Shown: in pieces, positions 51,751 through 64,000 of the stretch | How the letters are laid out: every line of letters starts with the position of its first letter | Numbering within the stretch: position 1 is the first letter of the stretch | Assembly (NCBI RefSeq): GCF_001194135.2 | Contig: NC_068981.1 | Coordinates: forward strand, 55,237,632 to 55,301,631 | Reading direction: 5' to 3' | Length of the DNA: 64,000 nucleotides | Source of the DNA: Octopus bimaculoides | Lineage: Eukaryota | Notes under the pieces: model-generated | Told to the model about the DNA's origin: nothing | Seen by the model: only the letters and a program-made list of their open reading frames with translations | The model's database searches: none | Position numbers and translations under genes: made by a program

Positions 51751-52411
51751 GAATCATTTTTCATCAACGATCTCATTGTTTGTTTACATTTGGTGTCTCA
51801 GATATGAACCACTGTAACAAAATCAGTGCTGGCTATAATTTTTATGGAAAATCGGTAGAGATGACTTTAGCACGTAATTTAAGAGCACAGCTAACACAAT
51901 ACTACATGGTATTGACATTTAATATGCTTTGCAGTATATTATGGTTGCATAATGAAATACCATGTCCCCACAAGTCATTACAAAGTAATGAGATACTGTG
52001 CTAGAAGACCCATCCAAAGAAATCATAAAATGATGATGATCATTAAATATAAAACAAAGTCCTATAAAAAATTTATTTTTATAGAATAATGAGTGATTAA
52101 TAAGCTGATAGAAAAGAAAACAATCCCAGAATTCATGCACACTATAGGATCACTGCATCATAAATTCTATTTTGTATGTCAGAATTAGGTCAAGCAGCAT
52201 TAGAGCCAAGTTCAACAATATTAGCAAGGTTCCATAAATTTTATTATCAAATAAAACAAATCACAAAGAAAAACAAGACAGTCAAAACATATCGACCACT
52301 ATTGGAATTCATTTATTTGAACGAATCTATATGGAAACAAAACTACCCTTATCCGAATAACTTGTTCAATCCTTAGCAAGAAATTGTCAAAGTTTTCTTT
52401 AAATTTCACTT

Positions 52412-52444
<33 letters not shown>

Positions 52445-53654
52445 CTTGAGATGTCAACAGATATGCAAAACAATATTTATCCCCCACCCACCCAAAAATA
52501 AATTTTGCGTCCCTGAAAAAAAAAAAATCACAGAAAGACCCTAAGGAAATGTTGCTAACTTATCTAAAATATTTCAACATTCATCAAAGAATGGTTTTTA
52601 TTTTTTACCCTTTTTTTTTTACCATACTTCTGGTGAAACACATTGCTTTTAATTTCAATTAATTTTGAAAATAATGAAAAATTTAGTCAAATAAGTTTGT
52701 TATAAATTCTGATTGAAGGTTTTAATTTAAATAACTTTAAAACAGGAAGTTTGCATCATAAAACCAGAGGCCGTCTCAGGCAGTTTCAGGAGGGTTGGTA
52801 TCAAAAGGGTTAAATATGAATTTTAAAAACTGAAAAAATAAATACTTTTTTTGAAGAAAATTTTTTTAAAGTCACTTACAGAAAAATAATTACTTTCCAA
52901 TTCTTAAATTAGTTTTTTATGTTTTTTTTATTTTATAACCAAATTTAAATAGGCAGCAGAAAATATGCATAATCTGACTAGAAAACTACAAACTTAAGTG
53001 ACATACATTCTATACAACACTAAGTAGGTGTCTATTAAGTCCAGAGCATCTGGTCTCTCAAAAAAATTTGATGAGATGTACAGTTTTATCAGCAGCCACA
53101 GATGTGCTATTTGGGAGAGCAAATGTACGCAAGGTACCATTCCAAAATATAGAGTTAAAGAAACTACTATTAGTGAATTTAAAAGGTTGTATAACAGAAG
53201 TTTAAAACCTAGATACACAATTACTTAACCAGATTCACTTAAAATACTAAAGAAATTTCACCTATTATATTAGAAAGTATATCAAAACTGAAATGCTTCA
53301 GTTTTAAACAAGTGAAGGTTGAACAAACTTATGGCAATTAAAATCATTTTAAAATATAAACATGCTTATCAATACTACAGATATCAAAAGCATTAAATGT
53401 CCATGTCTAAACACCTCCAATAACTAACAAACCATAAACTTGACAATATCATTTCTTACATAGGCTCAAGAAATTTGATAAACAGGATAATGGTAACAGA
53501 AAATTTAACTTTTATACTTTTCTGAAGAGCATTACTAGCTTAATTCTGGAAATTGGACTGTAGACTCAGTCCATTGAAAACTTTGTAGCATATTTGTATG
53601 ATTTTGGACAAGCAATCTATTTATTAAAAATTCCTCTCTCTGTCNNNNNNNNNN

Positions 53655-53699
<45 letters not shown>

Positions 53700-56246
53700 A
53701 GCATATTAAACACACGTAGATACCAATATATATTACTAAGGTTGTCTATATGAAAGAGAGAGAGAGAGAGAGGAAAAAGAAACTTAAATAGCTCTGCACT
53801 AAGGTATTAAACTAAGATTAAATAACTATGTAGGGGCCTACTTGAAAAATGATTTACTTTAAAATATAAGCAATTAAATAAATTTTAATACCAATGTTAA
53901 GTGTAATAATGTTGGGCAATTGCCTTTATATAAATAGAAATATTTAAAAAACCAACAAAAACTATTTGAAAAAAGAGAAAGAAACTTATTGTGTAATGTG
54001 AACACATCTTGAATAAGCAGGAAACCAAGAGGTTATAGAGGAAGAAACTGCTAAATTGTGATGTCTATGTCTTCCCCAGAGTTTAGAAAAATATCTAATT
54101 CCAACTGGGAACCAAAACTAGGTCATAAGACTCCTTTCAGAGAGAATTTGCTATAAGGTCATCAACCACAACTACATAAATACTAATTATCAAAATTAAA
54201 AGTTAAAATACGATTATGTGTGCAAGCACACACACACACACACACACAGTGTTTATTGATATTATTTTTATGCTTTTAATTTTGAAAATATTCAGTTGTG
54301 CTAATAAAGAGACATCACTTTTTAAAACTATATAAATATAATAGTGTAATAATATAATGGTATTCACACACACACAACACTGGGGTAAAACAGCCTTGTG
54401 CATAAGGTATTGGAAAAGTTACTTGTGGTTTTATGATTTCAAATATGTTTCTAGCATTTCATTGTTTTTCTGAGTAGAAAACTTTATTCTTCATTACCCC
54501 AGTTCACCTAATTACCAGAAAGAGATGCAAGATCAAAAATCTGAGAATGTTTAGCCTCAGACTAGATTCAATGAGTATCTCAATCCACTTATCTATTGAA
54601 TACAGGGTTTGTTTTGCATTATTGGATCCGTATACATCATTTGGTGTGCTACACACATTTCAAGCTAAATTCAACACACACAAACCTGTGACTAGACAGA
54701 TATCTTCCTTGACTTTGCACAAATGTCAAAATGTGTGCACACACATTGCAGTTGTTTTAGTGCAATTTAAAGACTAAAATGACACACTGGACATATTTCA
54801 TTATATTATAGTTGAAACATCTAAAATAAACAATTTGTTACAATCTCATATTTAGATGAAATTATATTAAAACTTTTGTTGTGTCTAAGGAGAGTAATTA
54901 TGCCACACAAATTCACAAAGAATCTTGCAAACCAAGTACAAAAATGAAGTATATTAATGCTAAACCACAAAGTTTAAGCTTTGCTTTCATGTATACAAGG
55001 CATTAGCAGGATTACCAGAAATTTGCTGTATTTAACATTGAAATTTGTGTACATTTACTTTGTTTAGTGAGCTACCAGTGATCCCTATTTTCAGTTTATT
55101 AACTTTCAGTTTCACTGCTGTTCAGAGAAATGTGAAACTATTCATTTTCTGTTGTTTTCATGCTTAGAACTGGTAGCAGCTAAATATTCCAAATTTTCTA
55201 GAGATTATGTCAGTTTGTAATTAAAGTAAACATGGCAACTGTAGCACAAAGCACAAATGCTAATTTTGGTGAGGGCTTTTCAAAGTAAATAAAGATAGAA
55301 AAGAGTGCCTTTGTGTTTTGTACAGCATGTAGAGAGATAAGCATAGACATAGTATGTTTGTTTCACTGCAATGAGGACAGAGACTAAGGCTTTTGAACAA
55401 TAACCACTCAACCTTTTATAGCAGATCAAAAGAAGCAAGTAAAATATTCTAAAACTTTTAATTATCTTCTATCATAAAAGGTTTTAAGGAATAAACATAT
55501 CCAAATATAAAACAAATTGTGTGAGTGTGTGTGTATTGATTCTTATAAAAATGAAACTTGTGAAAATTTAATAAAGCATACTGGTTTTCAATTTCAAAAC
55601 TAATGTATAACTTTTGATTTTCTATGTGAAAATTAGATTTCTTATTTTTACTATAGTGGGTCTATCATCATTAGTTGACTAATGTAAAAAGAAACACAGG
55701 TCTTTTACAGAAAAGAAGATAACTTTAAGGTATTGCTTTTAACCCCAAAGTAGTAATTTACTTGATCATAAAACCTCAGCTAACCTGTCAAATAATATTT
55801 TAGAAACTACAACCAATCCTAACAGTATAACAATCTTTTATGTGGAATAATATCAAAACATTTTCCAACAAAGTTTTACTTAAAAATGAATTTATTAAAT
55901 ACTTCAAGCTTAAATTCAATAACCCCCACCCCACAAGAAGACACGTTTAAAATTTCTTTAAGAAATTTTGAAGTTTGTATGTTTTTCTAAGCTTGAAACT
56001 TAGACAAGAAGTGATAGTGCACCTTTCCTTTCAAACAGAATGACAAAAGCCAGTAGGGTATCTTAGTTGGGAGCCAAAAGGTAATGTTAGTGTGTGAGAT
56101 AGAACTAATATTAATGCTCCCAATTAGATATCACACTTCCATTTAATCAATATAGAAACATTAATAAACAAATTATAAAATGTCAATGAATGAGTCTCAC
56201 ATTTTAGTAAGTGATGGATGCTATTTTCTCAGAGGGGTGTACGAGG

Positions 56247-57185
56247 ATATCGTATCATCATCGTTTAATGTCCATTTTTCATGCTGGCATGGGCTGGATG
56301 GTTCGACTGGGGTCTGGGAAGCCAGGAGGCTGCACCAGGCCCCAATCTGATCTGGCAGTGTTTCTACAGCTGGATGCCCTTCCTAACGCCAACCACTGCA
56401 AGAGTGTAGTGGGTGCTTTTTACATGCCACTGGCACAGGGGACAGAGGAGCTGGCATCAACCACGATCAGATGGTGCTTTTTACGTGCCACCAGCAAAGT
56501 GGTATTGGCATCGACCACGTTCGGATGGTGCTTTTTATGTGCTACTGGCACGGGGCTCACAGCTACAATTTCCATTTGATTTGATTTTGATATTGCTGTT
56601 GATGTTCATGTACTTGACTCAATAGGTCCCCTCAAGCACGGCATGTCGCCCTACGATCCATGGTACTTTTGATTGGGCTGATTATGCGACACTGGTGTAG
56701 GTTACAGCTGTGAACTCACATTATTTTCCGGGTCTTCTCAGTCACAGCATACCTCCAGAGGTCTTGGCCTTTTGTCATTGCCTCTGTGATGCCCAACGTT
56801 CAAAGGTCATGCTTCACCACTTCATCCCATGTCTTCCTGGGTCTCCCTCTACTCTGGATTCCTTCCAATGTTTGGGAGTGGCACTTCTTCACACAGCTCT
56901 CCTTGTCCATCCGCAGTACATGACCATACCAACGCAAACATCTCTCTTGCACGCCACATCCAATGCTCCTTATGTCTAACATTTCTCTCAGAGCGCTTAC
57001 ACTTTGTCATGTGTGCACACTGACAAAACACATCCAGCAAATCATACTAGCTTCATTTCTTTCAAACCTACGCATGTCTTCAGCAGTCAGGGCCCATGTT
57101 TCACTGCTGTGAAGTATGGCAGTTCGCACACATGCATCATACAATCTACCTTTCACTATGCACTTATTTAGGTTAACAACAGTAA
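56247..57185 (-). mobile_element. 5'-truncated RTE-clade LINE with (TGA)n-type tail
   Basis: VKGRLYDACVRTAILHSSETW and RERCLRWYGHVLRMDKESCVKKCH...RGRPRKTWDEVVKHDL, followed by the complete 3' UTR. Confidence 0.88.
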
Positions 57186-57228
57186 ATAGTGTGACTTTAA
57201 AAATCAAAAGAAGAATGCAAGATATTTC

Positions 57229-57259
<31 letters not shown>

Positions 57260-58329
57260 NNNNNNNNNNNNNNNNNNNNNNNNNNNNNNNNNNNNNNNNN
57301 NNNNNNNNNNNNNNNNNNNNNNNNNNNNNNNNNNNNNNNNNNNNNNNNNNNNNNNNNNNNNNNNNNNNNNNNNNNNNNNNNNNNNNNNNNNNNNNNNNNN
57401 NNNNNNNNNNNNNNNNNNNNNNNNNNNNNNNNNNNNNNNNNNNNNNNNNNNNNNNNNNNNNNNNNNNNNNNNNNNNNNNNNNNNNNNNNNNNNNNNNNNN
57501 NNNNNNNNNNNNNNNNNNNNNNNNNNNNNNNNNNNNNNNNNNNNNNNNNNNNNNNNNNNNNNNNNNNNNNNNNNNNNNNNNNNNNNNNNNNNNNNNNNNN
57601 NNNNNNNNNNNNNNNNNNNNNNNNNNNNNNNNNNNNNNNNNNNNNNNNNNNNNNNNNNNNNNNNNNNNNNNNNNNNNNNNNNNNNNNNNNNNNNNNNNNN
57701 NNNNNNNNNNNNNNNNNNNNNNNNNNNNNNNNNNNNNNNNNNNNNNNNNNNNNNNNNNNNNNNNNNNNNNNNNNNNNNNNNNNNNNNNNNNNNNNNNNNN
57801 NNNNNNNNNNNNNNNNNNNNNNNNNNNNNNNNNNNNNNNNNNNNNNNNNNNNNNNNNNNNNNNNNNNNNNNNNNNNNNNNNNNNNNNNNNNNNNNNNNNN
57901 NNNNNNNNNNNNNNNNNNNNNNNNNNNNNNNNNNNNNNNNNNNNNNNNNNNNNNNNNNNNNNNNNNNNNNNNNNNNNNNNNNNNNNNNNNNNNNNNNNNN
58001 NNNNNNNNNNNNNNNNNNNNNNNNNNNNNNNNNNNNNNNNNNNNNNNNNNNNNNNNNNNNNNNNNNNNNNNNNNNNNNNNNNNNNNNNNNNNNNNNNNNN
58101 NNNNNNNNNNNNNNNNNNNNNNNNNNNNNNNNNNNNNNNNNNNNNNNNNNNNNNNNNNNNNNNNNNNNNNNNNNNNNNNNNNNNNNNNNNNNNNNNNNNN
58201 NNNNNNNNNNNNNNNNNNNNNNNNNNNNNNNNNNNNNNNGAGAGAGAGAGGGAGGGAGAGAGAGAGGGAGGGAGAGAGAGAGAACCCAACTGGTCTTCTT
58301 CTCACCCACTCTCCTGGCATATACACACA

Positions 58330-58700
58330 TACACAAAGTCTGATCAAAAAGTATCAGGGTTGGTGTTGGTACTATAAAAAGAAAACTACAATCCATGTCA
58401 ATTTGGCATTCAATCTCCTTCAAAGTAGTACCCTTCTGAACTCGCACACTTTATCCAGTGCCTTATCAATTGATGGAAGCATTCCTGGAACTCCATGGGT
58501 AGCAAGCAACTGCCTCACCACACTCTTCTGGATTTCCTTGACTTTTTGAAATCTTGTTGGGGTCTCCCACAACGAAGATTAGGCCTCGGTTTCAGGGTCA
58601 TTGCCATAGACCCCATGATACATCACCTGTTATGGCTGTTTTCAAAATGTTTTCATCTTCCTCAACACTATCAAGGAGATCCCATGCAGCCGAAACCCAA
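58330..58700 (-). mobile_element. Tc1/mariner 3' remnant
   Basis: Minus strand ECFHQLIRHWIKCASSEGYYFEG resembles the mariner transposase C-terminus; TIR-like aaagtctgatcaaaaagtat. Confidence 0.7.
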
Positions 58701-59298
58701 TCTTCTTTTTTTTGAGATGACCACAATGTACTACCAAGAACTAATATAAATTAATGGAAGTGAGCAAGAATGTCATAACTTTGTGTGCATGCTCAACAGA
58801 GTTCAAGGTCAATCAATGCCAAGCAGCTTTATCCTGCATACTTTAGCTTTGTTACCATGGCAACAGATACTTTTTGATCAGACATTATAATACAAACATA
58901 TATATATATATATATATATATACATACAGAGAGAGAGAGAGAGAGAGAAAGAGAGAGCAGCTAACACTACTGAGGCTGTACCATAGATCATGAAGCTTAT
59001 CTGAACCACGGTAGATGCAAGCTATAATCAAGATAATGCAAGTTATGTATGAGAGATTATATTTTAGATATCCATGCAATTAATTTCCATTATAGCTTCT
59101 TTACACAAGACATAATACAACACTAACTCCTCAAAATATTTTGAAAACCATCAAGAAATTATATGATATTAATAATTTCACTTTATGATCATGCACATCC
59201 AATGTCTTAGAATACCATACTTCAATTTTGCTTCATTGTCAATTTCTGCTGTCAAGCTTTAAAAAAATCAAAGTTCTAACTGTGGAATAGATTTTAAT

Positions 59299-59367
<69 letters not shown>

Positions 59368-60169
59368 NNNNNNNNNNNNNNNNNNNNNNNNNNNNNNNNN
59401 NNNNNNNNNNNNNNNNNNNNNNNNNNNNNNNNNNNNNNNNNNNNNNNNNNNNNNNNNNNNNNNNNNNNNNNNNNNNNNNNNNNNNNNNNNNNNNNNNNNN
59501 NNNNNNNNNNNNNNNNNNNNNNNNNNNNNNNNNNNNNNNNNNNNNNNNNNNNNNNNNNNNNNNNNNNNNNCTGTAGCAGAAAAGAAATTCTTTCTGATTA
59601 ATGGTTCTACCTGGTATGTTAAAGCTTCTTCTTCCTCTCAGTTTAGAATTTATTGCAGTTTACATTATTTTACTTTTTGTCAACATACATCACTCCAGTT
59701 CTACTGTTTATCATTGAATTCTAGATACTAGTGATTTTCTATCTTTCAACAGTAATTATTTTGTTGATGTGATACTTTACTTGTGACATTTATCAAAGAT
59801 TAAAGAAAAAAGTAATTTAGAATTATTTGGTTACAAGTTGAAACGTTTATGTTGATATTATTATCATAAATTCTGTCTTTAATGTTAGTTACCATTATTA
59901 TAGTTGCTAGTTGCTATCATCAATATTCACTCCCCAAATCACACTTCCACAATACTGGAAGCTATATGATAGCTTTTTTTCTTTCCTATTTCCTACTACA
60001 CTCCAATCCCATCTGACAATAATATGGTCTTGCTACCATCTCTGATGATGTTCTAACCTACCCTCATTTAATCTATGCATGCAAATATTCAAGTATATAT
60101 GATGGGTCCAAGGTTATTTTCAACTTATCCTGGCTTTTAGAAAATATAGGTTGCAAGGAAAAAAAGCCA

Positions 60170-62620
60170 AGAACTTTTTAAAGATGCAGAAGAGTTTGTT
60201 TGACATCAATTACCATGATTAACTGGTGATAAGCCTGACAAGAACAAGAGTAGGGATCTTCAAATTTCATCACCAATGCCTGCCAGGGCATCGTGGTCTG
60301 CTGGTAAACTTTTTTTTTTTTTTTCCATCTCCTACCATCCCAATGTAGTTGGAGGAGGAATGGTGCCTCTTACTTCTACAGCTCCCACTGTCTAGTGGAG
60401 AAAAATGTAGCTGAGGTTCAGCTTGAACTTCTGTTAGTTGATTGATGCAAGGAAGGAAATGTAAAGAAGGTTAGATTAAGCAAAGAGTTCAGTGAAATGT
60501 TTTTTGAAATGAAACACTATAGAATTTATGAAAACAGGAGAAAAGTGATTTATAGAAGAAGTAGCCATTGTTAAAGATGGAGCAGGAGAGACAAAGAAAT
60601 GAAAAGTGTCAGTGGTTGTAGCAAACTGGTGGAAGAGTTTTCGCTAATCAACATTTTTTTTTCAGCTGATTCATATATATATATATATATATATATATGT
60701 TAACAACAAACAAGATGAGAACAAATGTAAATAATGCATATATATATATATACACACACACACATATATATACATATAGATATACACACACACACACATA
60801 TATATACACATATATACACACACATGCACACACATATACACAAACATACATATATATATATGAGCAATATTCAAATGTGTCACATTCAGCTTCATATTGG
60901 ACATGGTTGATGTATTTTCTATCCTGCAGCAAAATCCTAATTTTTGGGATGCAGTTTTAGTAGTGTTACATGTGAGTGTAATCACCATGCAACAATCAGA
61001 AAACACATTGCACTGATATGTTTGAATGTTCTAGCATTGTTGTACAAATGTTTCCTTGGTATATGTGACACTTATATATTAATGCTATAGAAGAATAAAT
61101 TTTCATATCTCTATTAGTAGTTGTCTTCAAGATTTCTGTGCCTAAAAATGCCAAAAGTCTGGCATGAAATTTCTAAACTGTGTATGAATGATGTATGTGC
61201 AGAAATTTAGCAAGAAATGGAGAGTGGTGTCATCTACAGATGGAAAGTGTGTGATTAAAAATAACAATAAAGTCTAATGTAAAGATAATATGGAGGACAT
61301 AACCAAGTGTTGAATTATATCAGAACTGATACAATGTGGGTTAAAAAGCTCTGTCACCACTTGCTGAAACTGAGTCGTTTGACAGCAAACACTGATACAA
61401 GAGTTAAAAGACAATAATCATAGACTAGAAGCTCGGTGAAGAACTTCTTGTGCTAGACATGGCTAGAAGTTTTACTAATATTAAGGGGAACAGCAACAAT
61501 ACTACATCAAAACCCTTAGAGGGAGATCACTGGTGTATAGCATAGGATAACAGATATCAAGTAGATCTGTCACAATGGAAACCACACAGGTGGAACTGAG
61601 AAGAGAAGAGAAAGCTAGTTTCTATCTGCATTGAAAGTGAGAGTGATAGATTAACTAGTTGGCAGTATCAGAAAGATTGCTCTTCTTGCAAGTGAGAGTA
61701 CTATCAAGATTCAATAAGCTGAGATAGATCATGAATGAAGTAATCAATGAGGATAAGAACTGTCAAAGGAAGGGCAATTGTTCAAGAGTAACCATCAGGA
61801 CCAGTTGTCTTATTGGAATGGGGAAACTGTAGAAATTGATGATTGTGTGTAACTGAGTTAATGTAATACACTGTCTTGGACAGTGGAATTCATTCAGGTA
61901 GTATTCTTCTCATCTTATAAGTTGGAAGTATGTTGTCAGATTGCACCACTGTAGTGTTCCTGTTGGAACTCTCATTGATATGTATTCCATTAACTCTGGT
62001 GTACTCAAATGTTCAGTTACATCACCCACACTCTTCCACTTGTGCATTCATGACTACTTCATTGTCACCTCTAATAATGCTTACACATATAAAGATGATA
62101 CTACCTCACTTCACCTCTCAATTTTCTGCATATGGATATCATCGTTATAAAATTTAAGCACCTCACATCAAAAGAACAGTCCTCAAAACAACTCTTTAAT
62201 GGGAACATAACAACCCTGTCTAAATGGACATAGCATTATACCTTCAAAAAAGAAAGAAAAAAAAAGAAATCTTTGTCTACTTGAACCGCTCTGGTCTTGG
62301 AGAATATACAATGAAAATGCTTGAAGCCTCCACAAAAACTAGATAACACAATCTCTGATGATTTTGCCTGGTGTTCTCATATTTATAACCATGAAAACTG
62401 CATCATAAAGGCTAGCTATTATCTTGAGAGCCAGAAAATACTTCAGGTTCAAACAATTGCTCTCCAAAGTTTAGATGAAAATCACAATGGAATATCACTC
62501 TCACATCTGGGGTAGTAGTGTAGCTAGATACATACATCTTAGATCACAACCAAAAGAAGCCATACAGCTGACTGACAATTTGTTTCCTATAATTTCTATC
62601 CCACAGTTGTACAATCTCCC
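60170..62620. mobile_element. Cluster of old CR1-like LINE remnants in both orientations
   Basis: Plus strand INSGVLKCSVTSPTLF...YKDD (61941-62150) and MEYHSHIWGSS (~62487). Minus strand NKTTGPDG (~61800) and a CR1-like 3' end (~60200-60650). Confidence 0.55.
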
Positions 62621-64000
62621 CTCTCTCACTATTCCAACCCTACTACAATGACTTCTGCTCCCCACATTCATCTAATTACATACTTGTTCCTCCCAAAACC
62701 ACCTGATACACTCCTGTCATTAACCATCCCTATCCCACCCCAAGTGAAACTATAAGCAATATAAATAACAAAGATAGTAGTTATTAGCAGCAACAGTGTT
62801 GATTACCAAGTTATCATGGAGTGCAAGTATAAATATTCTACAAAATTAGTAGAGATCTTCTTGGCAAAAGACCAGAAGGTCTCATTGTAATTTGAAAGGT
62901 GAAAGAATTTGCAGGCTGTACAATGCCCAAAGACATCCTATTTGTGATGGTCACCTTATAGGTGCTCTGATTATGGATGTACACTTCCCGTTAGTGATGG
63001 CTGATGACTTCTTCTAGGTGTTGTAGGTCTTCCCCTCTACAACGTCAGAACAAATCTGCAACCCACATAGGAATTTAGAGTTTTAACTTTTGATTGTGAC
63101 AAGATTTTATACATAGGAATACTTTGCTATCCCAGTTAGATTACAAATGAAGTATATTTCCTGTATAGGAAATACTTGGAAACAGGTGAGGGTTGATGGT
63201 TGGAGAGCATCCAGCTGTAGAAAATTTGCCACAATAAATACCATCCAACCCAAATATTGTTCACATGGAAAAGTGAACTTCAAAATGAAGATAGTGATGA
63301 TGATGATGAGGAAGAGAACAATCAATATAATTCCACCCAGTTAGATGATGTGAAACATCAGGTTCTACAAACATGGTTAGAATTATATATAACAAACTGT
63401 GTCAGGTAGATTGAATTTAAGCAATGAAGGTGGCAAAGTCAGTGACAGCAGTAAACAAGATTTGGGTTTAAAGATGAAGATATTCAAAGTCAATACAAGC
63501 ATCAGACATGTAGTAAAATGGAACATAAGAGTAAATCAAGTCATGAAATATGAATGAAAAACCATAACCAAATAGTTATCAATTCCAACAAATATCAATT
63601 GATATGTAACCTAATAACTACCCACAATATAATTATTCTGTTTATGTTTTACTTGTTTCAGTCATTGAACTGCAGTGATGCTAGAGTACCACCTTCAACA
63701 GATTTGTCAAACAGATCAGCCCCGTTACTTATTTTTATAAGTTTGGGACTTTTTCTATCAGTCTCTTTTTGCTGAACTGTTAAGTTATAGGGGTTTAAAC
63801 AAACCAAACCACTTGGCAAATGGTGAGATGGATAAACACAAACACACATACATATACACATGAAAGGCTTCCACACAGTTTCCATACATCAAATTTATTC
63901 ACAGGACATTGGTCAGCCTAAGTCTATAGTAGAAAACACTTGCCCAAGGTTCCACATGGTGGGACTGAACCTGAAACTACATTGATGCAAAGCTAGCTTC

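Noticed and set aside
48591-64000. Search for the preceding BRPF bromodomain exon
   Set aside because: No segment resembling the expected ...YN..DT.FYRAA.RLR.Q with splice sites was recognised. It is probably beyond the window or in a gap; TBLASTN would settle this.

Overview
Eukaryotic, AT-rich, microsatellite-dense draft-assembly DNA with many N gaps. The repeat content and intron sizes look like an octopus/cephalopod genome (inference). The main feature is the 3' half of a BRPF-family gene (BRPF1/peregrin-like, minus strand). Eight GT-AG coding exons between 48590 and 23275 splice in frame to 626 aa plus stop: post-bromodomain helices, a long Ser/Thr/Pro/Gly-rich linker, and a C-terminal PWWP domain. 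The upstream exons probably lie beyond 64000. A near-intact tRNA-Thr(AGT) gene sits in one intron on the same strand as the host. Downstream of the gene is a stack of retroelements: an R4/Dong-like RLE LINE 3' end, an apparently full-length degenerate Tx1/L1-clade LINE, an RTE tail and a CR1 3' end. An older, internally inverted Tx1 relic lies just before the stack. RTE tails, Nin/Deu-type SINEs, CORE-like SINEs and mariner remnants are scattered throughout. I found no convincing wholly new biological system. The best leads are the microsatellite-focused LINE stack, a 95-bp duplication beside it, a CpG-decay contrast that may mark the methylated gene body, an intronic CpG-retaining patch, and a possible PWWP-less isoform.
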